Shown in pieces: positions 43,916-63,437 of a stretch of 64,000 nucleotides of DNA. Each line of letters opens with the position of its first letter. Position 1 is the stretch's first letter. Under the pieces are notes generated by a model. That model searched no databases. It saw nothing but the letters and a program-made list of their open reading frames with translations, and was not told the origin of the DNA. Source of the DNA: Chrysomallon squamiferum (taxonomy: Eukaryota; Animalia; Mollusca); the NCBI GenBank assembly GCA_012295275.1, contig CM022677.1, forward strand, positions 17,360,001 to 17,424,000. Direction: 5' to 3'. Both the position numbers and the translations under genes were made by a program.

Positions 43916-44408
43916 ATACAATGGCTTAACACACACATATACAATGGGACAGAAAACAATTAGTTCTAGGAAAAAACTGAATATAATAACAATTAGTTCT
44001 AAACTGAATATAAATATTAGTTTTTATAAAAAAATATTAAAAAAAGTAGAAATCTTTATGATCAGTTCTATAACCATTTGGGTGTTGAAGAGCTGAAATG
44101 GAAATAATTTATTCATTCTCTCTTTCGAAAAAACCTAAACAGCCCCCAGTATGTTTAATACCCTTTCGCCTTACTGTCGTCTCAGACTGTTCGTGATAGT
44201 TAAATTTCATTTTTCACTCCAGTAAATATTTTACTCGCCTTTTATTATTCTAGTCATGTGCCAGACGTCAAGTAGCTTTAAAGTAAGTTAAGAAAGGGTC
44301 CTTTAGACAAATACTCATATGAATACCCGTGTGTGTGTGTTCATGTGCGCGTGTTTAAATGAGCGTGCATTTTTCTTTTTATATAACTATAGCATTTTCT
44401 GTCTGAAA

Positions 44409-44689
<281 letters not shown>

Positions 44690-44991
44690 CGTCGCAAATG
44701 ACACTTGTTGCACAGATTTGTTGTCGAGATTTGTGCAATCGGTCGATTTTCTTTCCTTCCAGAGAGTTTCATGAGCTGACGATATGTCGATAGTCATGAC
44801 AGCTGTCGATATGTCGATATTCATGACAGCTGCAGACAAGTTGCAGCTGTCAACATTCGTTAGCGTTCTACAGTTTCAATGTAAACCTGAAATTCTCTGT
44901 CTAGGACGAATACGTCTCAAAAGGCAGTCATTTGTTTCTGATTTATCGATCTATTTGTAATCAAATAATGATATGTATGGGCATAAACACG

Positions 44992-45031
<40 letters not shown>

Positions 45032-45279
45032 CTTAGTAGTTATTTTACTGAGAGGGTTAAATAAACTATAACCAAAAAACGAGGCACACTAAAGGGAATA
45101 CTCTATTTGAAGGGAATACTCTATTTGGAATATAACGTCACACTTAATTCCAGTGCTGCTGCTACTACTACTCTCCTCTCATTCTACTACTACTACAATT
45201 ACTACTGCTGCTACCACGGCTACAAATATTACTTCTACTACGACAAACAATAAACACTACATTGTTATTCTTTTTCGTG

Positions 45280-45336
<57 letters not shown>

Positions 45337-45504
45337 GCTATTATTGTTGTTGTTCTTGTTATACTATAGATATTATTACTATAGCTATACTACTATTTAT
45401 TCGACTACTATTATTACTGTTATTACCATTATCATCATCATCATCATCATTATTATTATTTTATTATTATTTATTATTATTATTTTATTTTATTATTATT
45501 ATTA

Positions 45505-45536
<32 letters not shown>

Positions 45537-45651
45537 GTTGTTATTATTATTATTATTGTTGTTGTTGTTATTATTATTATTGCTGTTGCTGTTTTTGTTA
45601 TTACTGTAGTTGTTGTTGTTGTTGTTATTGTTGTTGTTGTCGTTGTTGTAG

Positions 45652-45748
45652 TCCAGACTACTGCGGCACTGAGCCGTGTGTAGCGAAGTGGTACGTGGGG
45701 GACAGGGAGGTGCTGTGTCACACAGCTGAAGATGAGGGCGGAGACTGA
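45652..45748 (+). CDS. Secreted cysteine-rich peptide, exon 3
   Basis: tgtag acceptor in phase 2; PDYCGTEPCVAKWYVGDREVLCHTAEDEGGD*. Confidence 0.85.
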
Positions 45749-45804
45749 GTCGACGTAACCATGGCAACCATTACAGTCAGTATCTCAGTCATCTACAAAA
45801 CTAA

Positions 45805-46560
45805 CATACAGACAACACAATCATTTAGGATACAGCCACACAGACAACACAATCATGTAGAATACAACCATACAAACAACACAATCATGTAGAATACAAC
45901 CATACAGTCAACACAATCATGTAGAATACAACCTCACAGGCAACACAATCATTTAGAATACAACCATACAGACAACACAATCATGTAGAATACAACCATA
46001 CAAACAACACAATCATGTAGAATACAACCTCACAGGCAACACAATCATTTAGAATACAACCTCACAGGCAGCACAATCATTTAGAATACAACCTCACAGG
46101 CAGCACAATCATTTAGAATACAACCTCACAGGCAACACAATCATTTAGAATACAACCTCACAGGCAACATAATCATTTAGAATACAACATCACAGGCAAC
46201 ACAATCATTTAGAATACAACCTCACAGGCAACATAATCATGTAGAATACAACCTCACAGGCAACACAATCATGTCGAATACAACCATACAGGCAACACAA
46301 TCATGTAGAATACAACCATACAGGCAACACAATCATGTAGAATACAACCATACAGCCAACACAATCATGTAGAATATAACCATACAGGCAACACAATCAT
46401 GTAGAATATAACCATTCAGGCAACACAATCATGTAGAATACAACCATACAGCCAACACAATCATGTAGAATATAACCATACAGGCAACACAATCATGTAG
46501 AATACAACCATACAAACAATACAGTCATGTAGAATACAACCATACAGACAACCTTGTAGA
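45805..46560. repeat. 32-bp minisatellite, ~23 copies
   Basis: Unit caggcaacacaatcatgtagaatacaaccata; copies start at 45841, 45873, 45905, etc. Confidence 0.95.
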
Positions 46561-47471
46561 ACATAAACACAGAGACAATACCGACCACAAAGATTAGTCA
46601 AATTGTTTGCCATCATTGACAAACAATGCAAACAATTATATTACACTCAGTAACTGAAACAATCATTAGCATCACAATCAATATGTAACCATCATACATC
46701 AGTAATCAATAATTAATATATCAAATTGATAATTACACACATAAACACACACATGCATTAAATACACACCACATGTATACATTAAATATATACACAGACA
46801 TCCATATGTCCATGAAAATAAAATTTTAAGTTCAGTTAAGAAAAATAACAAAAAATAACAACGTAAAACGCATTCTTTTTCCATAATTTAAAATCATTTA
46901 TTTCATTCTCATTACTTATTTTAAATATAATTAAATCATGTATTTTTTGTTTATTTTTTTTAATATCCACAAAATCTCCATTTTATTACATAAAACAAAA
47001 TCATCCTTACTTCACAACTTAAATTAAATCGTGAAATGTGTTTTGTTTATTATATTTTAATATTCAGAAATCTGTTTCTATTAAAAATATATATAAAAAA
47101 AAAAAAATTAATTATATAAAACCATTTATTTCATTAAATAAGATTAAGAAAAACGAGAGCATTCTTCTTTCATAACTTATTATAAATCATTTATTTCAAT
47201 CTGTTCAGTTAACTACATTATATTAATTAGAGTCATGTTCAGAATGATTTGTATTTTTCACATTTAATCAAATTTTTTGTCTTTCAGATTCTGTTTCTAT
47301 GCGAAATACAAAATGATGACAGGAATCTAACGCGTTGCTGGACATATTGCTAATAAATTACCTTTTAGCAAATTAATAATAATAATAATTAAAAAATTTG
47401 CACTTCATTGTTTTAAATGATTTTCTCTATATATAACATTCTAACAATAACGACAACCAGAACAACAAAAA

Positions 47472-47505
<34 letters not shown>

Positions 47506-47807
47506 AATAGAAACAATAATGCTAATAATAATAAATAAATAATGATAATGAAAATAATAAATAAATTAATAATAATAATAATGATGATGACTTTTATGTT
47601 GCGATTTATATAAATTATTGATATAAATATATACACTTCAAATATTAATACATATTAACATGTTCTAAAATGCCTTTATTTTTAATTNGACTCATATGAT
47701 TTTGAAAGACGTATCCACCCCCCATACAACATGTGTGTCTGTACACAAAATGATAGTTGTCATGTGTCATATTAATATATACCCATCCATATACATATAT
47801 ATCTATC

Positions 47808-47852
<45 letters not shown>

Positions 47853-47950
47853 ACTCACACACACACTCACACACACACATATAAACATATATATATTAAC
47901 GATTTCCTAAGATAATTAACAAACATATTAATTTCGAAAAATATACTTAC

Positions 47951-48351
47951 GAACGATGGAAACGTTTAAATATTCCTAATATTCCATTTTGTGGACACGA
48001 GAGTCCGCGTATTTCACACAAAACCTATATATGCCTGAGTCTTTCGAGCTCGTAGGTGAAATGTTCTATGTTAATACGTGAGTCGGCCACGTTTTTCGAA
48101 TCACACACAACTCCACCGAATTTGTCTCTTGAACCGAGGTTTTTCTCGTCAGTAGGATTAGCGGTGCCGTTGTTGTTTTCAGCAAACGGTGTTGACGACG
48201 GTGCTGAACTTTTCGAGATAGCGACGTTGTCGATGCAGGCAGTAAGGTTCGAGTCGCTTGACAGCGGCAACGTTGACATTTGTTAAACTGCGCGTTACGG
48301 AGAACGACGAGTCTTTGTTGTGTATAACTGTTGTTATTTTCCCGGCTCTCG
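47951..48351 (-). other. Orphan exon-like segment containing an 84-aa ORF (48279-48025)
   Basis: GC-richer island bounded by a long polypyrimidine tract plus AG and a TC|GTAAGT donor; no recognisable domain. Confidence 0.45.
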
Positions 48352-48692
48352 CTAAAACAAACAGACAAATAAAAAAATAAAAATAAAAAAAAAAAAAATA
48401 AATAAATAAATAAACCAAACAAAAAAACAAACCCCCAAAAAAATAAATAAAACAAAAAAAAAATAAAAAAAAATAAAATAAAAAAAAAAAAAAAAAAATA
48501 AATTTTTTAAAAAAAAATAAATAAATAAATAAACAAAAAAAAAAAACAAAAAAAAAAACAAAAATAAATAAAAAAAAAATAAATAGACCGAACAAAAATA
48601 AATAAAAAAAAAAAAAAAAAACAAGGAAATATTATTAAAGAAAAAAATATTTATATAGTTTTACATATACATGCATACAATAATATAAATAT

Positions 48693-48723
<31 letters not shown>

Positions 48724-48733
48724 TAGATACATA

Positions 48734-48914
48734 TACGGGGGGTGCAAAAGTAGGAATACAGTTATGAAAAAAGAAAACACTTACAATACTCATTGAATTT
48801 ATTATTCAAACAAATACAAGCATATTTATTAACTTAAATAAAATACGGTTTAAAATCAAAATAAGAAAAATGAGTCCAACTAAATTTACTGATGTAAATT
48901 CACTGATGTGATAC

Positions 48915-48962
<48 letters not shown>

Positions 48963-48968
48963 CTGTAT
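48734..48968. mobile_element. Possible mariner-like MITE
   Basis: Short inverted ends tacggggggtg ... cacccctgta with TA; right end eroded by (CA)n. Confidence 0.3.
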
Positions 48969-49765
48969 ATATTCAAAGCAGATAATGTACACAATGGTCA
49001 CACAATATAACTAATATTTATATAACGAACTCTTTTTCCTATTTGAAAATTTGTAAACGTAAGAAAATTAACACGTTTGTCTATACATAATCATTATACT
49101 GTAATTACAAAGAATTTTCTTAGTTTAACTTATCGGTTAATAAAAAACATTAAGCTTAGAAATAACGAAAGCTTGAAAACAGTTTTCATTGTCGATCTCT
49201 TTATTTATTTTATTTATTTCCTTGTAATCTGGTTGATTTAATCTTCTTTTGTAAGTCTCAAAAAGATTCATACACCGCAAAAAATAATGTGCATAAAATT
49301 TGTTTTTCTGCACCATTTTGAATATACGTCACTAACCCGAGATGCAGTGACGTCAAGTAGGAATTTAACTGCGCAAGACCACCATTCACGGCAAGCAGGA
49401 CTTAACTTCCTGTCATGGCAAAAAATATTTTAGCATTAATAAGAGTTTTCAAAAATGTTTTCGTAAATTAAAACGAGAAACTTTTCTCCGATGTTTTCTA
49501 TGATTTGTTCATTTAACTTTAGAATATTTTTCTTTTTCTTTCTTTCCTTTTTAAAAAAAAAATAATAATAATACCGTGCAGTTAATTGCTAATTCAAAGC
49601 AGGAAGGAAGTAACACATTTATTTTTGATTTTTAATATTTACGAACAGATTTTTGTAGATACGTTCCTTTTACAGCCTGTTAATCTGACTGTAGCATTTT
49701 GTAACCGAAATAAAACAAATAAACAAAACTGGCTCCAACAAAAAATAAATAAAAATAATAATAAA

Positions 49766-49958
49766 TAAATAAATAACGATTTTAATAGATATAAATATTT
49801 TTCTCGTCCTACATAATTATGTCCTTGGTTAAAATTAAACAAGCTAAGTTTATTGCTAGGTAAATAAATAACGATTTTAATATATATAAATATTTTTCTC
49901 GTCCTACATAATTATGTCCTTGGTTTAAATTAAACAAGCTAAGTTTATTGCTAGGTAA
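49766..49958. repeat. 95-bp tandem duplication
   Basis: acgattttaata...gctaggtaa at 49776 and 49871, near-identical. Confidence 0.9.
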
Positions 49959-50266
49959 TAACACACAAGGTTAAAAAGGAAACAGCTGGATGATTTAACA
50001 AGCATAAAATAACCTGTTATATTTTAGATGATCTTTTATAATATTTGGTTACGAGAATGAATATAATAAATTTTTAGAAACAAAATTAATGTAAACATTT
50101 ACAAATATAGTTAATTAACAATAGCTATAATTATGTGTCTCAGTTTAAATGTATTAATTTCACAAACCATACTGTAATATATGTTGCCTAGCTGTCAGTT
50201 TATCTGTCTATTTATCTGTCTACTTATCTGTCTATTTATATTTATATACCTGTCTAGCTTTCTAGC

Positions 50267-50401
<135 letters not shown>

Positions 50402-51805
50402 AAATACAAATGAAGAAATAAGGTAAAACGTTCCATTAGTGTTGATAAGAATGTGAACAAAAGCATATTTAGATGATTATCATTTGAAAGAAAACCAATG
50501 CATTCACGTCTGCAGATGAGAAAAAATATTTAAAAATGGTGGTCAATTCATTTTCGACAGCGAAAATTATATTGAGAATCAGTAATTAAAAACGTTAAAA
50601 CATTAAAAATTATTTTTATTTATTTATTTAATTTTTCAGTTTTATTATTATTATTTTTTTAATAAGATTTTTCAGTGTGATGAAGGTATACAAATAAAGA
50701 CACTGATGAAAATAAGTAAATCAATAAAATATATAAATCAACGAATATAAACAGGAAATAAAATTACTTTGTTATGTTGTTGTATTGTTGTTGTCGTGGT
50801 TGTTGTTTTCTTGCTTTGCTTCTTGTTGTTATTGTTATTATTATCGTTTTTGTTGTTGTTGTTGTTGTTTTTCATTTTTATTTTGATGTTATTATTATTG
50901 ATTATTTCTTGTTATTATTATTATTAATATTATTATTATGATTATTATTACTGTTTTACTTTGTTTTTTTTTGTTTTTATTTTATTTTTTCTTTCTTTTT
51001 TTTCTTTTTTCTTTCTTTTTTTTTTTTTTTATATTTTTCTTTTTTCTGTTCTTTTTCTTTTTGTAGAGTTCAGTCAGTAACATATTAAAAGAAAATTTTG
51101 TTCTCTCTTTTCTAAATGGTTATGGTTTTCTCGTATATTGCAGTACACTTACAGAAACGTACAAATTTAAATATCTCACCTATAAAACATGGGAAACTGA
51201 CAGAGGAAGCGTGACTATATAACCGCTAACCGGATTTAAGTAAAGATGCAAACAGACGACACAATTTGATTATCTTTAATTTTACGTCGTTGAGAAATAA
51301 CAGGAACCACCTATTAAGAACAACAGCGAGAGAAACAACGAACATAGAATTAACAGCAGGCAAAAATAAGAAGAATAAATAAATAAATGAAAAAATATCT
51401 TAAGAATAAAACTTAGAGAGAGAGCATAAATAGAACTATACCATGTTTTATTTATCTATTTATTTATTTATTTGCTTCCTTGTTTGCTTGCTTGATTATT
51501 TATTAATTTAACGCGGCTAATTTGAAATAACAGCAGCAATTCCAAATATAACAACAGAAATAATAATAACAACAACGACAACAGCAATAGTAAAACAACA
51601 ATGATACAGTAGTAGCAATAACAACACAATAATAATAACAATCAAAGCAATAAAAATAATAATAAAACAACAACACGACAATAACGACAATAACAACCGA
51701 CACAACAACAATAATAATAATAACGGCAGTACCAATAATAACACAAAAATAATAATAACAAAAACAAGAAAAACCACACAATGAAAATACTACTACTACT
51801 ACTAT

Positions 51806-51872
<67 letters not shown>

Positions 51873-51985
51873 TGTTCCGTATGTTCGAGGCTTTAGTTCT
51901 TTAAATACCAGGAATTTTTGAGATTCCACTTATCGCTTTAAATAAGTGAAAATGATTCACCGAAATTTTGAAATTTCTAGAAAAC

Positions 51986-57808
<5,823 letters not shown>

Positions 57809-57814
57809 AATAAA
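57809..57814 (+). terminator. Candidate polyadenylation signal AATAAA directly after the protease stop
   Basis: TAG-AATAAA, with further AATAAA copies just downstream. Confidence 0.45.
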
Positions 57815-57947
57815 TACATCACTTTCTATTTTAAAATAAAATATAATTTTTTTAAATAAAATATAATATACATTATTAATTTTCAATTTTGTTGTGACAG
57901 TCAATATAATGAATGTTTGAAATGTTTTTATATCTTAAACTTGCATT

Positions 57948-58004
<57 letters not shown>

Positions 58005-59999
58005 ATATATATATATATATCAGGGGTGGGTTTCTTCCAAGATGGTTGAAAAAAAACATAAATAGTTCTGGAATAAAACTGGAAGAAAGTAGAAATACAA
58101 ATAACCCTGCAAAAATAAATATAATCTAATTGAAAAAATAAGGCACATAGGTATCTAGTAGCTGATACTATAATCTGGTAGAATAAAGATATATAGATAT
58201 AACAAAGAAACACATATATATAAGGAATATAAATTCTTTGTTGCATAAAATTTGTTATCTAGTGGTAGAAACAATTAGTGTATATATATATATATACATT
58301 AGACAATGAATCATTTAAAATAATTTAATTACTAAATTCATTCTGGTTGAGAGAATGTCTTTAGAAATTAAATTAATCAATGTGCCATGAAATAAGTATT
58401 AAAATTTAACTAACATTTTGAATTTAATAATTTTTATCTTATAATGTTAAACAATGATACTTTAATAACATTATATCATGTTTTAATTATGGTTTACAAT
58501 TATTATTGTAATTGTTGATGTTGATATTTTTATTAAAAATAAAAATAAAACACACAAAATTAACATTGTATAATTATTTATTTGTCAGTAATTGATCAGT
58601 ACAAGACAATATTTAATCTGCTGAAAAACACACACACATACACACACAAACACTCACTCAAACACATATGTACATGTTTTACATACATTAACATGTAACA
58701 TATATACCAGATTAATTAGTATATAACAATGTACAGAAAAAAATATTTGTCTGAATATGAATTCATTTATAAGACTAATTGTTTATGACTCTGGAGTATA
58801 AATTAAATCAATTGAGATGGTTCACTAAAAAATAATATCAGCTATAAATAGTTAAGAAAACAATAGAAGAGGGTAATAATATCGTTACCTCACAGCAAAC
58901 AGTTCAAAAATAAAAATATATAACAAATTTATAATTTATGTATTTTATTTTAAATATACTGACATTCCCTCTTTCATTCTCATATAAATACAAAAACACA
59001 TACACAGACACACACAAAAACTTCCTGTCACTTCATACAATACTAAATGTGTTATATTAATGTTTGTAACGATGTAGATATATTATCGAATCTTCTGAAT
59101 AAGATATGTATATATATATATATATATATATTATATCTAACAATAAAAAAGGTCTATAAATAATAATAATAATAATAAATATATTGCACAGTCTAAAACG
59201 CAAACCCTGTAAACGTTAGTATTATACTTAAAACATGCTTTCTCTTTCTGTAAACCTGGAGAAAATCAATCTGAATGAGTAGACATGGTAATCTGAGGGG
59301 GGAGTGCACTAGATGGGTGGGTGGTAATGATTGTGTGGGTGGGGGAATGGTGGGGAAAGTATGTGCTTGCATTGAACTCAACATTGCCTACTTTTGTGCA
59401 AGTAAATATAATTTCTTTAAAAAATAAAAAGATTTAATTAATATTCTTAATCACAGAGACCATTTAAATTAAAAAAAATAGTTTTAAAATTTTAAATATT
59501 ATGATTATGGATAAACTATATTTTCACAAATTATTTCAGTGCGCTTTAGATTCTGCATGTGTTTAATTTACTTTAATGACCACACAGATAATGAGATTTA
59601 ATTTACTGACTTGGTAACATCATTAATACTAATCATCTGAATATCAATTTTTACATGCCCATGACTGAATATCTTTATACTGAGTGGAAGAACACAACAG
59701 ATCTTTCCTAAAAATGGTTCAGTTTTTTCTTATGTTTGTTAAGAGTTTCTGTACATTACAGGAATTGTTAAAATTCTTACAAAAATGCTTTTAACAATAT
59801 GCTATATAATCTTTTCCCTTTTATTACAATTTTTGTAATTATGTTCTATGGATCAAAATACATCTTTCTCAGAGTGGTTAATGAAATTTATATTGAGCTC
59901 AGTTTTTTTAAGAACAAGCTTCAGGCCTCATTTTGAGGTTTCTGTAAATTGCTTGTGAGATAGTAAATTTCTTTCTACATGTTAAATCAGAAATGCGTC

Positions 60000-60500
60000 A
60001 CTATGGATTATAACACGTTTCCCAAGAAAAGTTTGTTTGGGTTTAGTTTCAAAAGAAAGAGATTTAGTTATATTTATACTGTAGTGTATTTGTGGATGTG
60101 AAAAGTGCTTGCAGGATTTGTAAATTTACATACACTTGATAATGCAGTGATAGGTGACTAAGGATCGTAACACATCTTTCCCAAATTTCCCAAGGGTTCA
60201 AAATGTTCCTTGGGCTAAGTTTCAAAACAAATAAATTTAGTTATATTTATACAGTAGTGTATTTGTGGGTGTGAAAAATTCTTGCAGGATAAAGCAGGGA
60301 TAGGTGACATAACACATCTTTCCCAAGAAGGGTTCAAAAGTTAGTTTGGGCTTAGATTCAAAACAAATAAATTTAGTTATATTTATACAGTAAATGTATT
60401 TGTGGGTGTGAAAAATGCTTGCAGGATAAAGCAGGGATAGGTGACTTAAGGATCATAACACATCTTTCCCAAGAAGGGTCCAAAAGTTTCCTTCGGGCTT
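60000..60500. repeat. ~145-bp tandem repeat (3.5-4 copies) overlapping the ZNF stop codon and 3' UTR
   Basis: Anchor acacatctttcccaa at 60458, 60312 and 60170, degenerate at 60013. Confidence 0.85.
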
Positions 60501-63437
60501 CGCTTCGGACGAAAGCGACTTCGCAGCTTGGCGCGATGGTGAGTCTTCGCGTGGCGCTTCAGGTGATGCGATCGCGAGAACCTTTTCTCGCACGTGACAC
60601 ACTTGTACGGCTTCTCTCCGGTGTGGGTGCGGGTGTGGATGTGCAGCTGGTACTGAGTCCCAAACCGCTTCTCGCAGACCTCGCACCGGTGGTTCTTCTC
60701 CCCCGAGTGACGCTTGACGTGCCGGGACAGGTGGTCGCTCCTTGCGAAGGCCTTCATGCACAGCTGACACACATACGGCTTCTCCCCCGTGTGGACCCTC
60801 ACATGGTTCCGCAGAGGTGCTCGGGGTTCCCGTATGCTTTCCCGCAGAGGTCGCACTTGAATGGTCGCTCACCCGTGTGCGTCCGTCTGTGCATCTTCAG
60901 CCGGGAGAACCTCGTGAAGGATCTGCCGCAGTCGGGACACTCGAACCTCTCTGACGAGTGCTTCTTCATGTGCACCTTGATCCCACCTTTCTCCGTCACC
61001 ACCTGCAGGCACCAGTCGCAGACGATGGGGTTGTCCTTGACGACAATGTACTGACCGCACTCAACACAGACTTCCAGGCATGAGACGCCAATGGACACGG
61101 TGACGTGCTTCTCACAGATCTTGTCGGAAAGTTGTGCAACTGGGTAGCTGGGGTAGTCGTCTTTGTCAGCAAGCTCGGGGATGGGGTAGTTGGGGCTAAT
61201 GTCTTTGTGTGAGAAATCTGGGACAGTGCAGTTGGGGTTGTTCTTATCCAGGTAATTTGGGAACACCATAGGTTTTATTCAAGATACCTGGATCAGAATA
61301 GATGTTGGCTTTATCCAAGAGATCTGGGACAGAGAAGCTGTTGTAGCTGTCTTTGTTAAACGTTGCCATCATCATGCTGTTGTTGTTAGAAGAATGGTTT
61401 TTAGGAAAGATTTTGCCACATTTACGACATATATCACTTTCGTTTGGGGCTCCTGGAACTATCACATGAAAGTCACATTCTCCGCTTGAGTCATCTGGTG
61501 GGTTGTAGCAAAACTCAGCTGCTACAGCAACATCACCAGCAGCAGATGATGATGATGACGATGATGTCACTGGATTTTTGTTTTCATGATAGACATGAAA
61601 CTGTGGATTGTAACAAAACTCAGGTGAGCTGTGTGCTGAAGGAACAGGTGAAAGAGAAAAGTTTTGTGAATGGTTGAAATAATGATTAACTTTGGTAGAG
61701 GGATCATCACAAAAGCTGGACACTACTTCATTTGTGTCCTCAGTGGTCAGTCTCTTCCTTGGTGAAGAGCTGTTCACAACAACTGAATTACATTCAGGCA
61801 CTGACTTGTGTTTGTTACCGTAGAAATTGTTAGATCTTCTTTTCACTGAGTTTGGCAGCAAAGTCTTTTTGTTCCACATATTCCTGCCAAGAGGTCTTGT
61901 GTGTATAGAACTGACAGCTGTTTCTTCACAGTCTCTGGCAGACTCATGTTCATCCTCTGCTGGGTCAAATTGTGAATTTTCTTCTTTCATGTCAGTTTTC
62001 TTATTAGTAGCATGTGATGATGACCAAGCATCATCAAGAACTGATTTCAATGGACATTTTTCTTCCAGTGAAAACATCATCATCATCATCATCATTTAAG
62101 AAACCATTAACAGAAGCTGGATGTAAATTAGAAGATTCAGACAGATATGTTCTGCTGTTTGTTGAAGAAGATGGCTTTCTTTGTTTTTTGCGTTTTGATG
62201 AAGGTGCAGCATTCACTTTGACGTCTTCGTTAACAGAATAATCATAATCCTGAGCATTTTCTTCGTGGCAGTTAGTTGTATTTTCAATACAACCGTTAGG
62301 TGTTGTTGTATCACCCTGGCAGTTAGTTGTATCTTCAATACAACCATTAGGTGTTATTGTATCACCCTGGCAGTTACTTGTATCTTCAGTACAACAGTCA
62401 GATGCTTCTTCGTCATCACGACAATTAGACGAGTCTCCTCTGGACTTTTTATTCTTTGAGCCAGCTAATTTCCTCTGAGCCATCAGTCGTGTGTACATCG
62501 ATTCCATGTAAGTGGACAGATTAGCTGCACGTCTGGCGTAGACTGTGTTCCAGTTAGGAGGGAAAGCAGGAGGTAATCTGGCAGACTTTGAGTTCACCCG
62601 ACTATGAGGTTCCGTTCCATCTCGTTTGGTTACAGTTTTGTCGGAGCTGTCCGATGTGTTTAAAGCTGTTTTGTTTGGACTAGTTCTGTCTGAGGTAGAG
62701 TTAGGAAAATCTGATTTCTTCTGATTGTTATCACACTGTTGTGCATTTGTGACTAGGAATGATACAGACAAGCCTTCGTCTATTGATGATGATGAATTAT
62801 CGCTATGGTAAGAGTTATCCTGTACAGAACTGCTTGATGTTTGATAACTGTTGTCAAAACTGATCTTACCGTCTTCAGTGTTAGTGTCAGCAAACTGCCA
62901 GTTTGAGCTTCTATTTTTAGAATCATTTGAATAGTTGTCGTCAATCAGGGACTGAAAGTCAATGTTATTTTCTTGGGTAAACTGCTCAGTTGAGCTTGAC
63001 CTTTCATACACTGAATCACAAAAAGAATCAACCCCTGTTGACTTGTCTGAACTGCGATTATGCCGATGTTTATCACTGTTGTTGTCTGCTGATGGTCTTG
63101 ACTTTGTTTTGTCTTGTGCAGAGTTAATTATTTTACCTGAGTTACTAACTACATCATTCCTCCCTTCAACCACTTCAAATGTGTCGGAACTGGAAAACGA
63201 GTGCACCAGTCCTTGATCAGTTAATGAATCACAGTCAGATTCTCCTGATTCAGAAGATGCTTCGTCATCACCGACTACGTTCTTTGCCAGAACATAAGTA
63301 TTTTTATGTCGTTGTATCTTTATGATGTTCCGGTTCGTTTCGCATGACTGGATTGTGTTTTCTTTAGAAGATGGTTTCCGCGACCCACTTTGAGATGAAA
63401 CCCCATTTATTCTTTGATCAAAAACTTCCGAATCCAT
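60446..63437 (-). CDS. C2H2 zinc-finger protein (~995 aa after repair; long acidic/Ser-rich N-terminus, 6 C-terminal fingers), split by 3 frameshifts
   Basis: Four overlapping ORFs join if one T (~62073), one A (~61257) and a CT (~60815) are removed; fingers with TGEKPY/TGERPF linkers and an RSDHLSRH helix. Confidence 0.9.
62267..62396. repeat. 51-bp in-frame coding repeat (x2.5) in the ZNF N-terminus
   Basis: ggcagttagttgtat... at 62267, 62318 and 62369; encodes [17 protein letters not shown]. Confidence 0.9.

Noticed and set aside
44775-45130. Short local duplications (27-bp gctgtcgatatgtcgata unit; 18-bp aagggaatactctatttg x2)
   Set aside because: Two to three copies only; ordinary slippage products with no further structure.
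60419-61054. 211-aa plus-strand ORF antisense to the zinc fingers
   Set aside because: Typical shadow ORF of GC-rich C2H2 coding sequence.
60446-63437. Programmed ribosomal frameshifting, or four separate ZNF-region genes
   Set aside because: Each break is a 1-2 nt insertion in a homopolymer or dinucleotide run without a canonical slippery heptamer; long-read consensus error is more parsimonious.
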